Assembly: GCA_965206745.1 (NCBI GenBank)
Contig: OZ242220.1
Coordinates: forward strand, 1,344,001-1,408,000
DNA length: 64,000 bases
From: Nitrosopumilus sp.
GTDB taxonomy: Archaea; Thermoproteota; Nitrososphaeria; Nitrososphaerales; Nitrosopumilaceae
Direction of reading: 5' to 3'
The translations under genes were made by a program, and so were the position numbers. Below, one piece after another: positions 28,548 to 38,580 of this stretch (within the stretch, counting starts at the first letter, position 1; every line of letters begins with the position of its first letter). Under the pieces are notes generated by a model. The model made no database searches and had not been told where the DNA came from. It worked only from the letters and a program-made list of their open reading frames with translations.

Positions 28548-29981
28548 ATGGAAAAAAAATACTATATCCTAATCCCGCTAGTTTTTGCAACGTTTGTTCA
28601 CCTCGTAAATCCAGTGGGGTTTCCGGACGTCTTTTTTGACGAGGGAATATACATGCGAAGGGCAGTGAACATGCTTGATACCGGAAATCCACAAGAGAGT
28701 TATCTCTATGACCACCCATATTTTGGCCAGATAGTTCTAGCGGGAGTATTACAACTTACAAACTATCCTCCAGATACAACTATTGAACCTGACTCGCTTC
28801 AAAACATCTATCTTATTCCAAGATTATTCATGGGAATAGTTGCAATAGTGAGCACCTTGCTAGTGTATCAGATTGCCAAAGTGAAATTCAGTAGCAATGT
28901 GGCGCTGTTATCGGCGATGCTATTTACAACAATGCCATACACATGGATATTTGACAGGATATTACTTGATTCAATTCTGCTGCCGTTTTTGCTTGCATCA
29001 ATTTTGCTTGCAATTTACTTTGCAAAATCCCAAGGCAGAATGTGGCTTGCCCCAGCATCAGGAATAATGCTAGGTCTTGCCATATTTACCAAAGTTCCAG
29101 CATTTGTTTTCATTCCCCTAGTCATCTGGCTGATCTTCCAAAAGGAGAAAAAACTCACACACATGATGATTTGGATAATTCCCGTACTGCTAATCCCGTT
29201 GCTGTGGCCTGCAAACAGCATACTTTTGGATCAGTTTGATCTGTGGATCAAAGACGTATTGTGGCAGAGCCAGAGAAGTAGCAGTATTTTTGAGATTATC
29301 GCGTATTTTCTACTCATTGATCCCTTACTGTTTGTGATAGGCATGGCAGGGATAATCCACGGTGCAATCACAAAGAACAAGTTTGTTCTGCTTTGGTTTG
29401 CCCCATTTGTTTTGTTTTTATCACTAATTGGATTCAAGCAGTATTTCCACTGGATTCCGGTAATTCCAATCATGTGTATTGCTGCAAGTATCTGGCTATT
29501 GGAGATGCCAAAAAAAATAAGATACTTGCGCTCAAAGACAGCTCATTATACGATCATAGGGATAATCCTGCTGTTTGGATTTTCAAGTACCGTGCTCATC
29601 ATAACAAACGACGTATCATACAATCAGTTTGAGGCACTCTCATTTGTTTTGGAGAACCATGATGCCCAAAGTACCATATTGGCAGGTCCGGTGTACTCGT
29701 GGATTCTGTATGACATATTTGAGATAGACGAGGTTCCATTGGATTATTCGTCAGTCCTGTTTTATCCAATCAATACGAAAGATGTTACAGTCATTGCAGA
29801 TCCGCATTTTAGGATAGATCAGAACCGAGGAGGGAACATCGTAAAAGCATACAATGACACAGAATCAGTGGAATATTTTGAGGGCAAGGCAGATGATTAT
29901 CAATCCTACCCACACACAGGCGTGAGATTCTATAATGAGGGGTTCTCAATTGACATTAGGAAGGGTCAATGGGAGAGGTAA
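28548..29981 (+). CDS. GT-C fold glycosyltransferase (ArnT/GT39, PMT-like)
   Basis: FFDEGIY, YDHPYFG, many TM helices, ILLD, GLAIFTK. Confidence 0.9.
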   Translation: MEKKYYILIPLVFATFVHLVNPVGFPDVFFDEGIYMRRAVNMLDTGNPQESYLYDHPYFGQIVLAGVLQLTNYPPDTTIEPDSLQNIYLIPRLFMGIVAIVSTLLVYQIAKVKFSSNVALLSAMLFTTMPYTWIFDRILLDSILLPFLLASILLAIYFAKSQGRMWLAPASGIMLGLAIFTKVPAFVFIPLVIWLIFQKEKKLTHMMIWIIPVLLIPLLWPANSILLDQFDLWIKDVLWQSQRSSSIFEIIAYFLLIDPLLFVIGMAGIIHGAITKNKFVLLWFAPFVLFLSLIGFKQYFHWIPVIPIMCIAASIWLLEMPKKIRYLRSKTAHYTIIGIILLFGFSSTVLIITNDVSYNQFEALSFVLENHDAQSTILAGPVYSWILYDIFEIDEVPLDYSSVLFYPINTKDVTVIADPHFRIDQNRGGNIVKAYNDTESVEYFEGKADDYQSYPHTGVRFYNEGFSIDIRKGQWER

Positions 29982-30027
29982 TTAATTTCACCTTTAAACA
30001 TTTTAATTCAAAGTACCGAGATTTACT

Positions 30028-31170
30028 TTGTTGCATTCTGCAGAGATCTCAATAATTGTGCCCACATACAATGAGTCAAAGAACATTCGCGGAATACTAG
30101 AATATATTCAAAAATCAATTCCAGATAACCTAAAGGCAGAAACAATAGTGGTGGATGATAATTCACCAGATCATACGGCAAAAATAGCAGAAGACTATTT
30201 TCACTCAATCAGGGAAAAGACAACCCATACAATTAACGTCATCAAAAGAAAGGCAAAGGACGGGCTGTCATCTGCAATACTAAATGGAATCCAGCAGGCA
30301 ACTGGCAGCACCATTGTGGTTATGGATAGTGATTTTTCTCACCCGCCAAACATCATTCCAAAAATGATCGAGACGCTCAAACAGACTAGTTGCGACATTG
30401 TCATTGCCTCAAGATATGTCAAGGGAGGCTCCATTCAGGGCTGGCCATTTAAGAGGAAGATCATGAGCAAGATTGCAACAGGTATTGCAAAAAAAGGGCT
30501 TGGAATTTCATCAAAGGATCCGATGTCAGGATTTTTCATGTTTAAAAAAAATATCATTGCAGGACTAAAGTTTGACACGATAGGATACAAGATACTATTG
30601 GAGATTCTAGTGAAAACAAAGGGCGTCAAAATTCAAGAGGTGCCATACACGTTTACAGACAGGCAACAAGGAGAGAGCAAGCTTGGGGCATCCACTATTT
30701 TTGATTACTGCAAATCAGTCTGGAAACTATACAAGTATGGACGAAATGTGAAGGAGAGGCGGACATCAGTCAGATTCATCTCAAAGGCTGCAAGATTCTT
30801 TACAGTTGGCGCGTTGGGATTGGGAGTAAACTATCTGGCATCGATGCTGTTTGCCCTTAGCGCAGATATGTGGTATCTTCATGCAACCATGATGGGAATC
30901 ATATTTTCGATCACCAGCAACTTCATCCTCAACAAGTATTGGACTTTTGAGGACAGGGACTTTGGCATAACAAGAACACTTGTGCAGTATAGCAAGTTTG
31001 CAGGATTCAGCTCCATTGGCGCACTAGTCCAGCTTGGAATGGTGTTTTACCTGGTCGATGAAAGTGGCGTATCATATCCAATTTCACTTGTATTGGCAGT
31101 CGGAATTGCAGCGATTAGTAATTTCATACTAAATAAAAAATGGACATTCAAAGAAAAAGTCTGGAGTTGA
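30028..31170 (+). CDS. polyprenol-phosphate mannosyltransferase-like GT2 fused to a GtrA-like flippase domain
   Basis: VPTYNE, VDDNSPD, MDSDFSHPP, DPMSGFF, ESKL; C-terminal RFFTVGALG...NFILNKYWTF...NFILNKKWTF. Confidence 0.92.
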   Translation: MLHSAEISIIVPTYNESKNIRGILEYIQKSIPDNLKAETIVVDDNSPDHTAKIAEDYFHSIREKTTHTINVIKRKAKDGLSSAILNGIQQATGSTIVVMDSDFSHPPNIIPKMIETLKQTSCDIVIASRYVKGGSIQGWPFKRKIMSKIATGIAKKGLGISSKDPMSGFFMFKKNIIAGLKFDTIGYKILLEILVKTKGVKIQEVPYTFTDRQQGESKLGASTIFDYCKSVWKLYKYGRNVKERRTSVRFISKAARFFTVGALGLGVNYLASMLFALSADMWYLHATMMGIIFSITSNFILNKYWTFEDRDFGITRTLVQYSKFAGFSSIGALVQLGMVFYLVDESGVSYPISLVLAVGIAAISNFILNKKWTFKEKVWS

Positions 31171-31253
31171 CACCACAATTATTGCCGGACCACAGAGTCA
31201 TCAATGCGCCACTAATCGACAATTCTTAATATCGGGGAATAGCAGGCTCAACG

Positions 31254-33932
31254 TTGGATAAAAGAGAGATCCTAAAAGAATTTTCAGCGGATCCTGAAAA
31301 ATACTATAGTGTAAAACTATTCCAAGAACAGGGATTTCTCAGAAAAGCATGTGCCAAGTGCGGCAGGTTCTTCTGGACACTAAACGCAGACAGGGATTTG
31401 TGCCCAGATGATGGAACCGACACGTATTCGTTTATCGGCAATCCCCCGACTAGCAAGAGGTTTGACTATACCCAGTCATGGAAGCAGGTCGAGAAGTTTT
31501 TTGTGAAAAATAACCACACTTCAGTTAGCAGGTATCCCGTAGTTTGCAGGTGGCGAGATGATCTGTTTTTTACAATTGCATCAGTTGTTGATTTTCAGAG
31601 AGTGATGGGCTCCAAGGTGGTCTTTGAGTTTCCTGCAAATCCGCTTGTGGTCCCGCAGACTTGCCTGCGCTTTAAGGATTTGGAGAACGTGGGGGTTACA
31701 GGGAGGCATTTTTCAAGCTTTTGCATGATTGGACAGCACAGTGTTCCGGATTTGGGAGGATACTGGAAGGATGAATGCGTGGATTTGGACTTTAGGTTGC
31801 TAACGGATCAGTTTGGAATCAAGAAAGAAGAAGTCGTCTTCGTAGAGGACGTATGGGCAGGCGGCGGCTCATTTGGCCCGTCACTGGAGTATTTTGTCAG
31901 AGGACTCGAGCTTGGCAACGCCGTGTTTACAGAGTTTCAGGGGGAGCTGGGCCAGCATACCACACTGGACCAGCGGGTTATCGACATGGGTGCAGGCCTT
32001 GAGAGACTCGCATGGATTACGATGGGCACACCCACAGCATATGATTGCTGTTTTGGTCCAGTTAACGAAAAATTATTTGAAAAGGTGGGAATTGATTCAG
32101 ATTCGGAGGTTCTCAGAAGATACTTTACGGAAATTGCAAAGGAGATTGATCACTCTGATGATCTAAACGAGGTAAGGCGTCTTGCAGTAAAGAATGCAGG
32201 AATAACAGACGGACAGCTGGACAAGATGATTACTCCGCTTGAGGGAGTCTATCTGATTGCAGATCATTTGAGAACGCTGATTTTTGCAATTACTGATGGC
32301 GCTTTGCCAAGCAATGTCGGTGGCGGATACAACCTCAGAATGATTCTCAGACGAATCAATGCGACAGTTGGCAAACTAGACTTGAAGGTCGACATCGATG
32401 ATTTGATTGACGCACATGTTGATTATCTCAAAGACACCTATCCAGAACTTGACGAGAAGAGGGAGGATGTCAAGAAGATTCTCAAGATAGAGTCAGGCAG
32501 GTATGAAGAGTCCAAAGTCCACATGAAGAAAAAGGCCGAAAAGATTCGTCAAAAGGGCGTGCCAAGTGTCGAGGAACTCATCACCCTGTACGAATCAGAC
32601 GGCATCACGCCTGAATATCTCAAAGAGGTTGATGCAATTTCAGAGATTCCCTCATCATTTTATTCAAAGCTGTCTGACTTGCACCAGTCTGAAAAGAGAA
32701 AGGAGATTACAAAGTTCCCGCTAGAGCAGCTGCCTGAAACTGAGGCGTTATTCTACAAAGATGACCCGATGGAGTTTGAGGCCAAGGTAATCAAGGTCTT
32801 TGATGACCAGGTTGTACTAGATAGAACATCGTTTTATGCCAGGGGCGGTGGACAGGAGCCGGACTTTGGCAGCATTGCAGGGTTCAGCGTGGTTGATGTA
32901 GACAAGCACGCAGGCATCATCGTTCACAAGCTTGTAGGAGGAGTGCCAAAAGAGGGAGATACAGTCTCATGTGTAGTGGATCAGACCAGACGGGCAAACA
33001 TTACCAAAAACCACACAAGCACGCACATCCTAAACACATCATCACGAAAAATTTTAGGATCATGGATTTGGCAGCATTCAGCCTTTAAGGATGCTGACCA
33101 TGCAAGATTAGACATCACACACCACTCCTCACTAACTGATGAGCAGGTAAGGCAGATTGAAGATGAGGCCAATACGATGGTCAGGGAGAACTATCCTGTA
33201 AACATAGAGTATTTTGACAGAGGTACTGCCGAGCAAAAGTACGGGTTTAGGATTTATCAAGGCGGCGTAGTCCCGGTTAAATCAGTGCGAATTGTATCAA
33301 TAGAGGACAGGGATATCGAGGCCTGCGGCGGAACGCATGTCAAGAGGACAGGTGACATTGAACTGATCAAGATTACAAAGACAAAAAGAATTCAGGACGG
33401 GGTCGTCCGACTTGAGTTTGTCTCAGGACCGACTGCATTTGATTATGTGAAACTGCAAGAAGAGAGTTCAAAGAGGCAAGCCAGAGAGCAGGTTGCAAAG
33501 CAGGCATTGGAAAGACAGAGAGAGGCAGACAAGCAGAAAGCTAAAGAACACATCCCAATACTATTGGAGAGGATTCTGTCCGGGGAATCAGGGGAATTAG
33601 ATGAAATTACAGTCAATGACAAGATCTGCTTTACTGCCAGTTCAAATTATCAGGATTATTTCCATCAAAACTTTGGCAAGAAACTAGTGGCCAAAGATGG
33701 CAAGGCTGCCTTTTGTGGAATTTTTGAGTCAGGACCAACTGTAAGGATAGTGGTGTATGCCGGAGGGGAATCAGGCGTAGATTCAGGACAGATAGCAAAG
33801 GAGATAGCCTCAATTTTAGGCGGTTCAGGCGGCGGGGATGCCAGATTTGCCCAAGGCGGTGGAAAAGACACATCTAAAAAAGACGAGGCAATAGCCAAAG
33901 CAAAATCAATGATTTTAGGATCGACACTATGA
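31254..33932 (+). CDS. alaS: alanine--tRNA ligase (archaeal)
   Basis: RYPVVCRWRDD, GLELGNAVF, ADHLRT, editing HxxxH and ACGGTH, GGGDARFAQGGG. Confidence 0.98.
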   Translation: MDKREILKEFSADPEKYYSVKLFQEQGFLRKACAKCGRFFWTLNADRDLCPDDGTDTYSFIGNPPTSKRFDYTQSWKQVEKFFVKNNHTSVSRYPVVCRWRDDLFFTIASVVDFQRVMGSKVVFEFPANPLVVPQTCLRFKDLENVGVTGRHFSSFCMIGQHSVPDLGGYWKDECVDLDFRLLTDQFGIKKEEVVFVEDVWAGGGSFGPSLEYFVRGLELGNAVFTEFQGELGQHTTLDQRVIDMGAGLERLAWITMGTPTAYDCCFGPVNEKLFEKVGIDSDSEVLRRYFTEIAKEIDHSDDLNEVRRLAVKNAGITDGQLDKMITPLEGVYLIADHLRTLIFAITDGALPSNVGGGYNLRMILRRINATVGKLDLKVDIDDLIDAHVDYLKDTYPELDEKREDVKKILKIESGRYEESKVHMKKKAEKIRQKGVPSVEELITLYESDGITPEYLKEVDAISEIPSSFYSKLSDLHQSEKRKEITKFPLEQLPETEALFYKDDPMEFEAKVIKVFDDQVVLDRTSFYARGGGQEPDFGSIAGFSVVDVDKHAGIIVHKLVGGVPKEGDTVSCVVDQTRRANITKNHTSTHILNTSSRKILGSWIWQHSAFKDADHARLDITHHSSLTDEQVRQIEDEANTMVRENYPVNIEYFDRGTAEQKYGFRIYQGGVVPVKSVRIVSIEDRDIEACGGTHVKRTGDIELIKITKTKRIQDGVVRLEFVSGPTAFDYVKLQEESSKRQAREQVAKQALERQREADKQKAKEHIPILLERILSGESGELDEITVNDKICFTASSNYQDYFHQNFGKKLVAKDGKAAFCGIFESGPTVRIVVYAGGESGVDSGQIAKEIASILGGSGGGDARFAQGGGKDTSKKDEAIAKAKSMILGSTL

Positions 33933-36799
33933 CAGTTAACTGGAACAAGATAGAGACAAAATGGCAAAACAGGTGGGCCGAATCAAAAGACTTTGAGACA
34001 AATCCAAATGAAAAGCCAAAAAAATTCATCACGGTGGCATACCCGTATCCAAACTCGCCGCAACATATCGGGCACGGCAGAACATACACGCTGGCTGATG
34101 TTCACTCGAGATACTACAGAATGCAAGGGTACAACGTGCTGTTCCCAATGGGATTCCACTATACTGGAACGCCGATACTTGGAATGGCAAAAAGGATTCA
34201 GGCAGGAGAGAAGGACATTCTTGACGGGCTGCGAAACATCTACAACGTCCCAGAAGAGGACATCAAGACATTTGTTGAGCCGATAAAGATAGCAGACTAT
34301 TTTCATCAGGAGATCAAATCAGGAATGATAGAGATGGGATACTCTATTGATTGGCGCAGAGAATTTACAACCATAGTTCCAGGATATCAGAAATTTATCG
34401 AATGGCAGATTACGGTACTCAAAGAAAACAACAGGATCATTCAGGGAAGTCATCCGGTTGGATGGTGTCCCAAGGATCAAAACCCGGTATCACAGCACGA
34501 TACGATGGGGGACGTCGAGCCAAAGATTGATGATAAAAACTTCCTAGTCAAATTCAAGTTGGGCGAGTTTGTTTTCCCGGTTACAACATTAAGGCCTGAA
34601 ACAATTTTTGGAGTTACGAATTTGTGGGCCAATCCAAATACAGTTTACAAAAAGGTTGCAGTGGATGATCAGACATGGATAGTTTCTCAAGAATGTGCAC
34701 GCAAGATGGAGTTCTTTGAAAAAGAGGTTTCGATAATTGGGGATATTTCAGGAACTGAATTGGTTGGAAAGATGGCCATTCTGCCACACAAAGGTGACAA
34801 AGTTCCAGTCTTGCCAGCTGATTTTGTAGAGCCTGGCATGGGCACAGGATTGGTAATGTCAGTTCCGGCTCATGCTCCAAAAGACTACCAGGCGCTGATG
34901 GATTTGAAGGCGGCAAACCACGAATTGGCCTCAAAGATTGAGCCTGTACCCATCATGGTCACTCAGGGATATGATGCCATTCCAGCAAGACAGATTTGTC
35001 AAAGACTAGGGGTATCAGACCAGTCTGATTCCAAATTAGAAGAGGCCACAAAGGAGCTGTATCTCAAAGAGTTCACAGATGGAAGACTAAATGAAAGATG
35101 TGGCAAGTTCAGCAACGAGAAAGTCCAGTTTGGACGGGACAAGGTAAGGGCGTGGCTGGAGGAGGGAGGTCATTTGGAGAAATTCCCAGTGCTTGAGAAC
35201 GCTCCAGTGCATTGTCGTTGTGGGGCAGAGTGTGTTGTCAAAATATTGAACAATCAATGGTTCCTCAATTATGGGGATAAAGAGTGGAAAGAACTAGCTC
35301 GCAACTGTTTTGATGGGATGAACATCCTGCCAAATAACATCAAGACAGAGTTCAAAGAGGTAATTGATTGGCTGCATGAGCGGGCTTGCGCAAGACAGCA
35401 AGGATTGGGAACCAAGCTGCCTTGGGACAAGGATTGGATTGTGGAGTCACTTTCTGATAGCGTGATTTACATGGCATACTATACTATTTCACGATTTGTA
35501 AATGATGGAACTGTACAGCCTGAGAATCTTACCAAAGAGTTCTTTGATTATGTTTTGCTAGACAAGGGAGACGTGTCATCGGCTGCAAAGACCTGCAAAC
35601 TTTCTGAGGAGATCATCAGTACGATGAAGAAGGAATTTGCTTACTTTTATCCAGTTGATTCAAGGCATTCAGGCAGGGATTTGGTGCAGAATCACTTGTC
35701 ATTTTTTGTTCTAAACCACGTTGCAATATTTGATAAAAAATTGTGGCCACGGGAAATTGTAGTTAACGGGAGTGTGATGATGGACGGTGCCAAGATGAGC
35801 AAGAGCATGGGAAATATCATACCCTTGCGTACTGCAATCAGAGACCATGGTGCAGACCCCATCAGATTGGCAATCATCTCATCAGCTGAACTGCTCCAAG
35901 ATGCCGATTTTAACATGGAATCAGTGTTTGGAATTCAAAACAAGTTAGAGTCTCTGTTAGAGGAGTGCTCTAGGCTCAAAAAAAGCCCAATATCCAGACT
36001 GCAGGCAGAGGACAGATGGATTTTGTCTAAAACCCAGAACAAGATATCTGAAATCACAAAGGCAGTGGAGAAGATGAGATTACGCGAGGCACTGCATGAT
36101 ATTTTGTTCACGTTTGAGTCGGATTTGAGCTGGTATGTAAAAAGAACACAGGCCAAAGGAAGAGATGACATCTCAGGGATACTATACCAGATAAACTCGG
36201 CTCGTGTTGCAATGCTGTCTCCATTTGCACCGCACATAGCTGAGGAGATGTGGGAGAGGATTGGGGGAACCGGTTTGGTCTCAAAATCACAGTGGCCGCA
36301 GTATTCCATAAAAGATGTTGATGCCGCATCAATCCAATCCGAGGAGCTACTCAAATCAACCATAGGGGATATTGCAAAGATTCTCAAGGTAACCAAGATG
36401 ACTCCGCAGAAAATTATAGTTTATGTTAATTCTGATGAATTAAAATCAACAGTGTATCGCAAGATACTTGGCATGATGGTGGGTGGCCAGAACAACATGG
36501 GGGTCATAATGAAGGAGATCATTGCAGATCCTCAGACTGCAGAGGCCAAGAAAATGCCAGACTATGTACAGAAAGTAATCAAGGATTTGCATTCAGAGTC
36601 TGAGGATATCAAAACCATGAAATTAGAAGTAAAAGAGTTTGATGAAAAAGAATTTCTCTCCAGGGAATTGCCTGCAATTGGCAAGAAAGAGTTTGGCGTA
36701 GAGATTTCAGTGTATTCTGAATCAGATAAAGACATCTATGATCCAAAAGGAAAAGCTAGGCATGCAAGACCGTTCAAACCGGGAATTTTAGTAGAATAG
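33929..36799 (+). CDS. leuS: leucine--tRNA ligase (archaeal)
   Basis: YPYPNSPQHIGH, TTLRPET, MSVPAHAP, KMSKS. Confidence 0.98.
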   Translation: MTVNWNKIETKWQNRWAESKDFETNPNEKPKKFITVAYPYPNSPQHIGHGRTYTLADVHSRYYRMQGYNVLFPMGFHYTGTPILGMAKRIQAGEKDILDGLRNIYNVPEEDIKTFVEPIKIADYFHQEIKSGMIEMGYSIDWRREFTTIVPGYQKFIEWQITVLKENNRIIQGSHPVGWCPKDQNPVSQHDTMGDVEPKIDDKNFLVKFKLGEFVFPVTTLRPETIFGVTNLWANPNTVYKKVAVDDQTWIVSQECARKMEFFEKEVSIIGDISGTELVGKMAILPHKGDKVPVLPADFVEPGMGTGLVMSVPAHAPKDYQALMDLKAANHELASKIEPVPIMVTQGYDAIPARQICQRLGVSDQSDSKLEEATKELYLKEFTDGRLNERCGKFSNEKVQFGRDKVRAWLEEGGHLEKFPVLENAPVHCRCGAECVVKILNNQWFLNYGDKEWKELARNCFDGMNILPNNIKTEFKEVIDWLHERACARQQGLGTKLPWDKDWIVESLSDSVIYMAYYTISRFVNDGTVQPENLTKEFFDYVLLDKGDVSSAAKTCKLSEEIISTMKKEFAYFYPVDSRHSGRDLVQNHLSFFVLNHVAIFDKKLWPREIVVNGSVMMDGAKMSKSMGNIIPLRTAIRDHGADPIRLAIISSAELLQDADFNMESVFGIQNKLESLLEECSRLKKSPISRLQAEDRWILSKTQNKISEITKAVEKMRLREALHDILFTFESDLSWYVKRTQAKGRDDISGILYQINSARVAMLSPFAPHIAEEMWERIGGTGLVSKSQWPQYSIKDVDAASIQSEELLKSTIGDIAKILKVTKMTPQKIIVYVNSDELKSTVYRKILGMMVGGQNNMGVIMKEIIADPQTAEAKKMPDYVQKVIKDLHSESEDIKTMKLEVKEFDEKEFLSRELPAIGKKEFGVEISVYSESDKDIYDPKGKARHARPFKPGILVE

Positions 36800-37323
36800 G
36801 ACTCGGGTCACAAAGGATAATCATTGTTCTTGATCAGAGCAGCCAGATGTAAAACAAGGCAGTCATCTGTGTCTGAGAGTATTATCAACTTGAGAAGATC
36901 GGAAGGCAAAGAGAACACTAATCGAAATGATCACCAAAAGAACAGTTCAAATCAAAAACAATATCCTAGGTACATTGTTGAAAATATTCGTGCCTAGTTT
37001 TTTCAGTAGCTAACCTCAGATAGGATATAGATATTCAATATTTGATTAAATCTCAAATGACCCGCACCTAGAAATCATCTAGATTTCACTCATCCACATC
37101 AGATCCTCTTGATCAATGAATTGCACGTAACTGTGACAAATCTCCAATTTGTTGATTGAAGAGAACAGGTAAAGAACAATCAAGTCCGTCAGCAACTTAC
37201 TGTTCAAGAGTCATCTTGTATGCATTATCAATTCCTTTACAGCACGTCTTGGTGGCATCAAATGTATCGATAAAAAAATTGAGAGTCTCAGTAAATGTAA
37301 TGGGATAAAAAAAGGCATGTGAG

Positions 37324-37422
37324 CTTAAGATCAACTCCAAAAGGACGTTGATGACAGCTCCTCACTTAAGATCAGTAACTGGACGTTATCTGATGAAAGC
37401 GATGTCTTAAGGCTTGAAACTG
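37324..37422 (+). repeat. degenerate tandem repeat, period about 41 bp (CTTAAGATCA..GGACGTT..TGATGA.AGC), containing a hammerhead-like core
   Basis: CTTAAG at 37324, 37365 and 37406; GGACGTT at 37343 and 37381; TGATGA at 37349 and 37391. Confidence 0.5.
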
Positions 37423-37566
37423 TTTGTAATCAAACGAAAGACTGCCTCTTCAAACACATTATCCATATTTGATATTTAACTAATACTACTTTTTCATACT
37501 AGCAAAAAATATCAGAGTAAATTTCCAGATAGTGTATTTATTAGGCGTGAATGTTCGCAGAACATC

Positions 37567-38580
37567 TTGAAGATAGCAGTGATGGGAATGGGCGTGGCAG
37601 GATCTTATCTTATGGCCAGATTAAAGAACTCCGAACACAAAGTTGTCGGGTATGAAAGAATGGTTGAAGAGAAGCACGATTCCATTTGCGCATGGGGCAC
37701 AATAAAACCGATTTTAGCAGAGTTTTGTAAAAAGACTGGAAGGGATTTTGACGACTTTTTGATTCATGATGGCAAAAATATGCACGTCAAAATGAATAAT
37801 GATGTAAAATTTGACATCGGGCTAAAGGGACTATGCACGTATGACAAACTAGCGCTGATCAAAGATTTCATCAAGGACTCCGAGGTCGTCTATGGTACTC
37901 CGCCATCAAAAGAGGAACTAGAAAGAGAGTACGACATGATTGTTGATTGTACAGGATTTGGCAGGGCATACTTGCCAAAATTACAGGAGGACTTTTTTTT
38001 ACCAACATACGAATACAAGATAGAGTACGAAGACAAGGTACCGTATGATGACTTTTACATCGAACCGTTTCCCGGCATGTCAGGCTACTTTTGGTATTTC
38101 CCACTAGGCAAAAAATGGGCACATGTCGGAGCAGGCGACTACAACAAGCAACACATGAAGGCAACAGACGAGTTTCTAAAAAAACACGGGGGCAAAGTCA
38201 TCCAGACAAAGGGACGCCCAATCAGATTAGCAACGCCAGACAGATGCAAACCCTACTACTCAGGAAAGGTGGTAGGGGTAGGAGAATCTATAGGAACCGT
38301 TTATGCGTTGCTAGGCGAGGGGATCATCCCATCAATGCAGTGTGTCGAGATATTTTTGGAGAACATGAACGATTTCAAAGCGTATGAAAAGGCAGTAGAA
38401 AAACATTACAAGGTATATGCCAAGGTCTTTAACTTTGTTCGGGCTAAAATCCACAAAGATTTCAATTTCTTCAAAGCGTTGCCAGATTTTATTGCGATAT
38501 TCCGATACATGAAAAAGCATGAAGACAGATTTGGAATGAACATCAAGATTGCAGATCTGATCAAAGTTGCAAAGGCCTAA
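37567..38580 (+). CDS. FAD-dependent oxidoreductase, geranylgeranyl-reductase-like
   Basis: AVMGMGVAG, ICAWG, GYFWYFP, VGESIG..GEGI. Confidence 0.8.
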   Translation: MKIAVMGMGVAGSYLMARLKNSEHKVVGYERMVEEKHDSICAWGTIKPILAEFCKKTGRDFDDFLIHDGKNMHVKMNNDVKFDIGLKGLCTYDKLALIKDFIKDSEVVYGTPPSKEELEREYDMIVDCTGFGRAYLPKLQEDFFLPTYEYKIEYEDKVPYDDFYIEPFPGMSGYFWYFPLGKKWAHVGAGDYNKQHMKATDEFLKKHGGKVIQTKGRPIRLATPDRCKPYYSGKVVGVGESIGTVYALLGEGIIPSMQCVEIFLENMNDFKAYEKAVEKHYKVYAKVFNFVRAKIHKDFNFFKALPDFIAIFRYMKKHEDRFGMNIKIADLIKVAKA

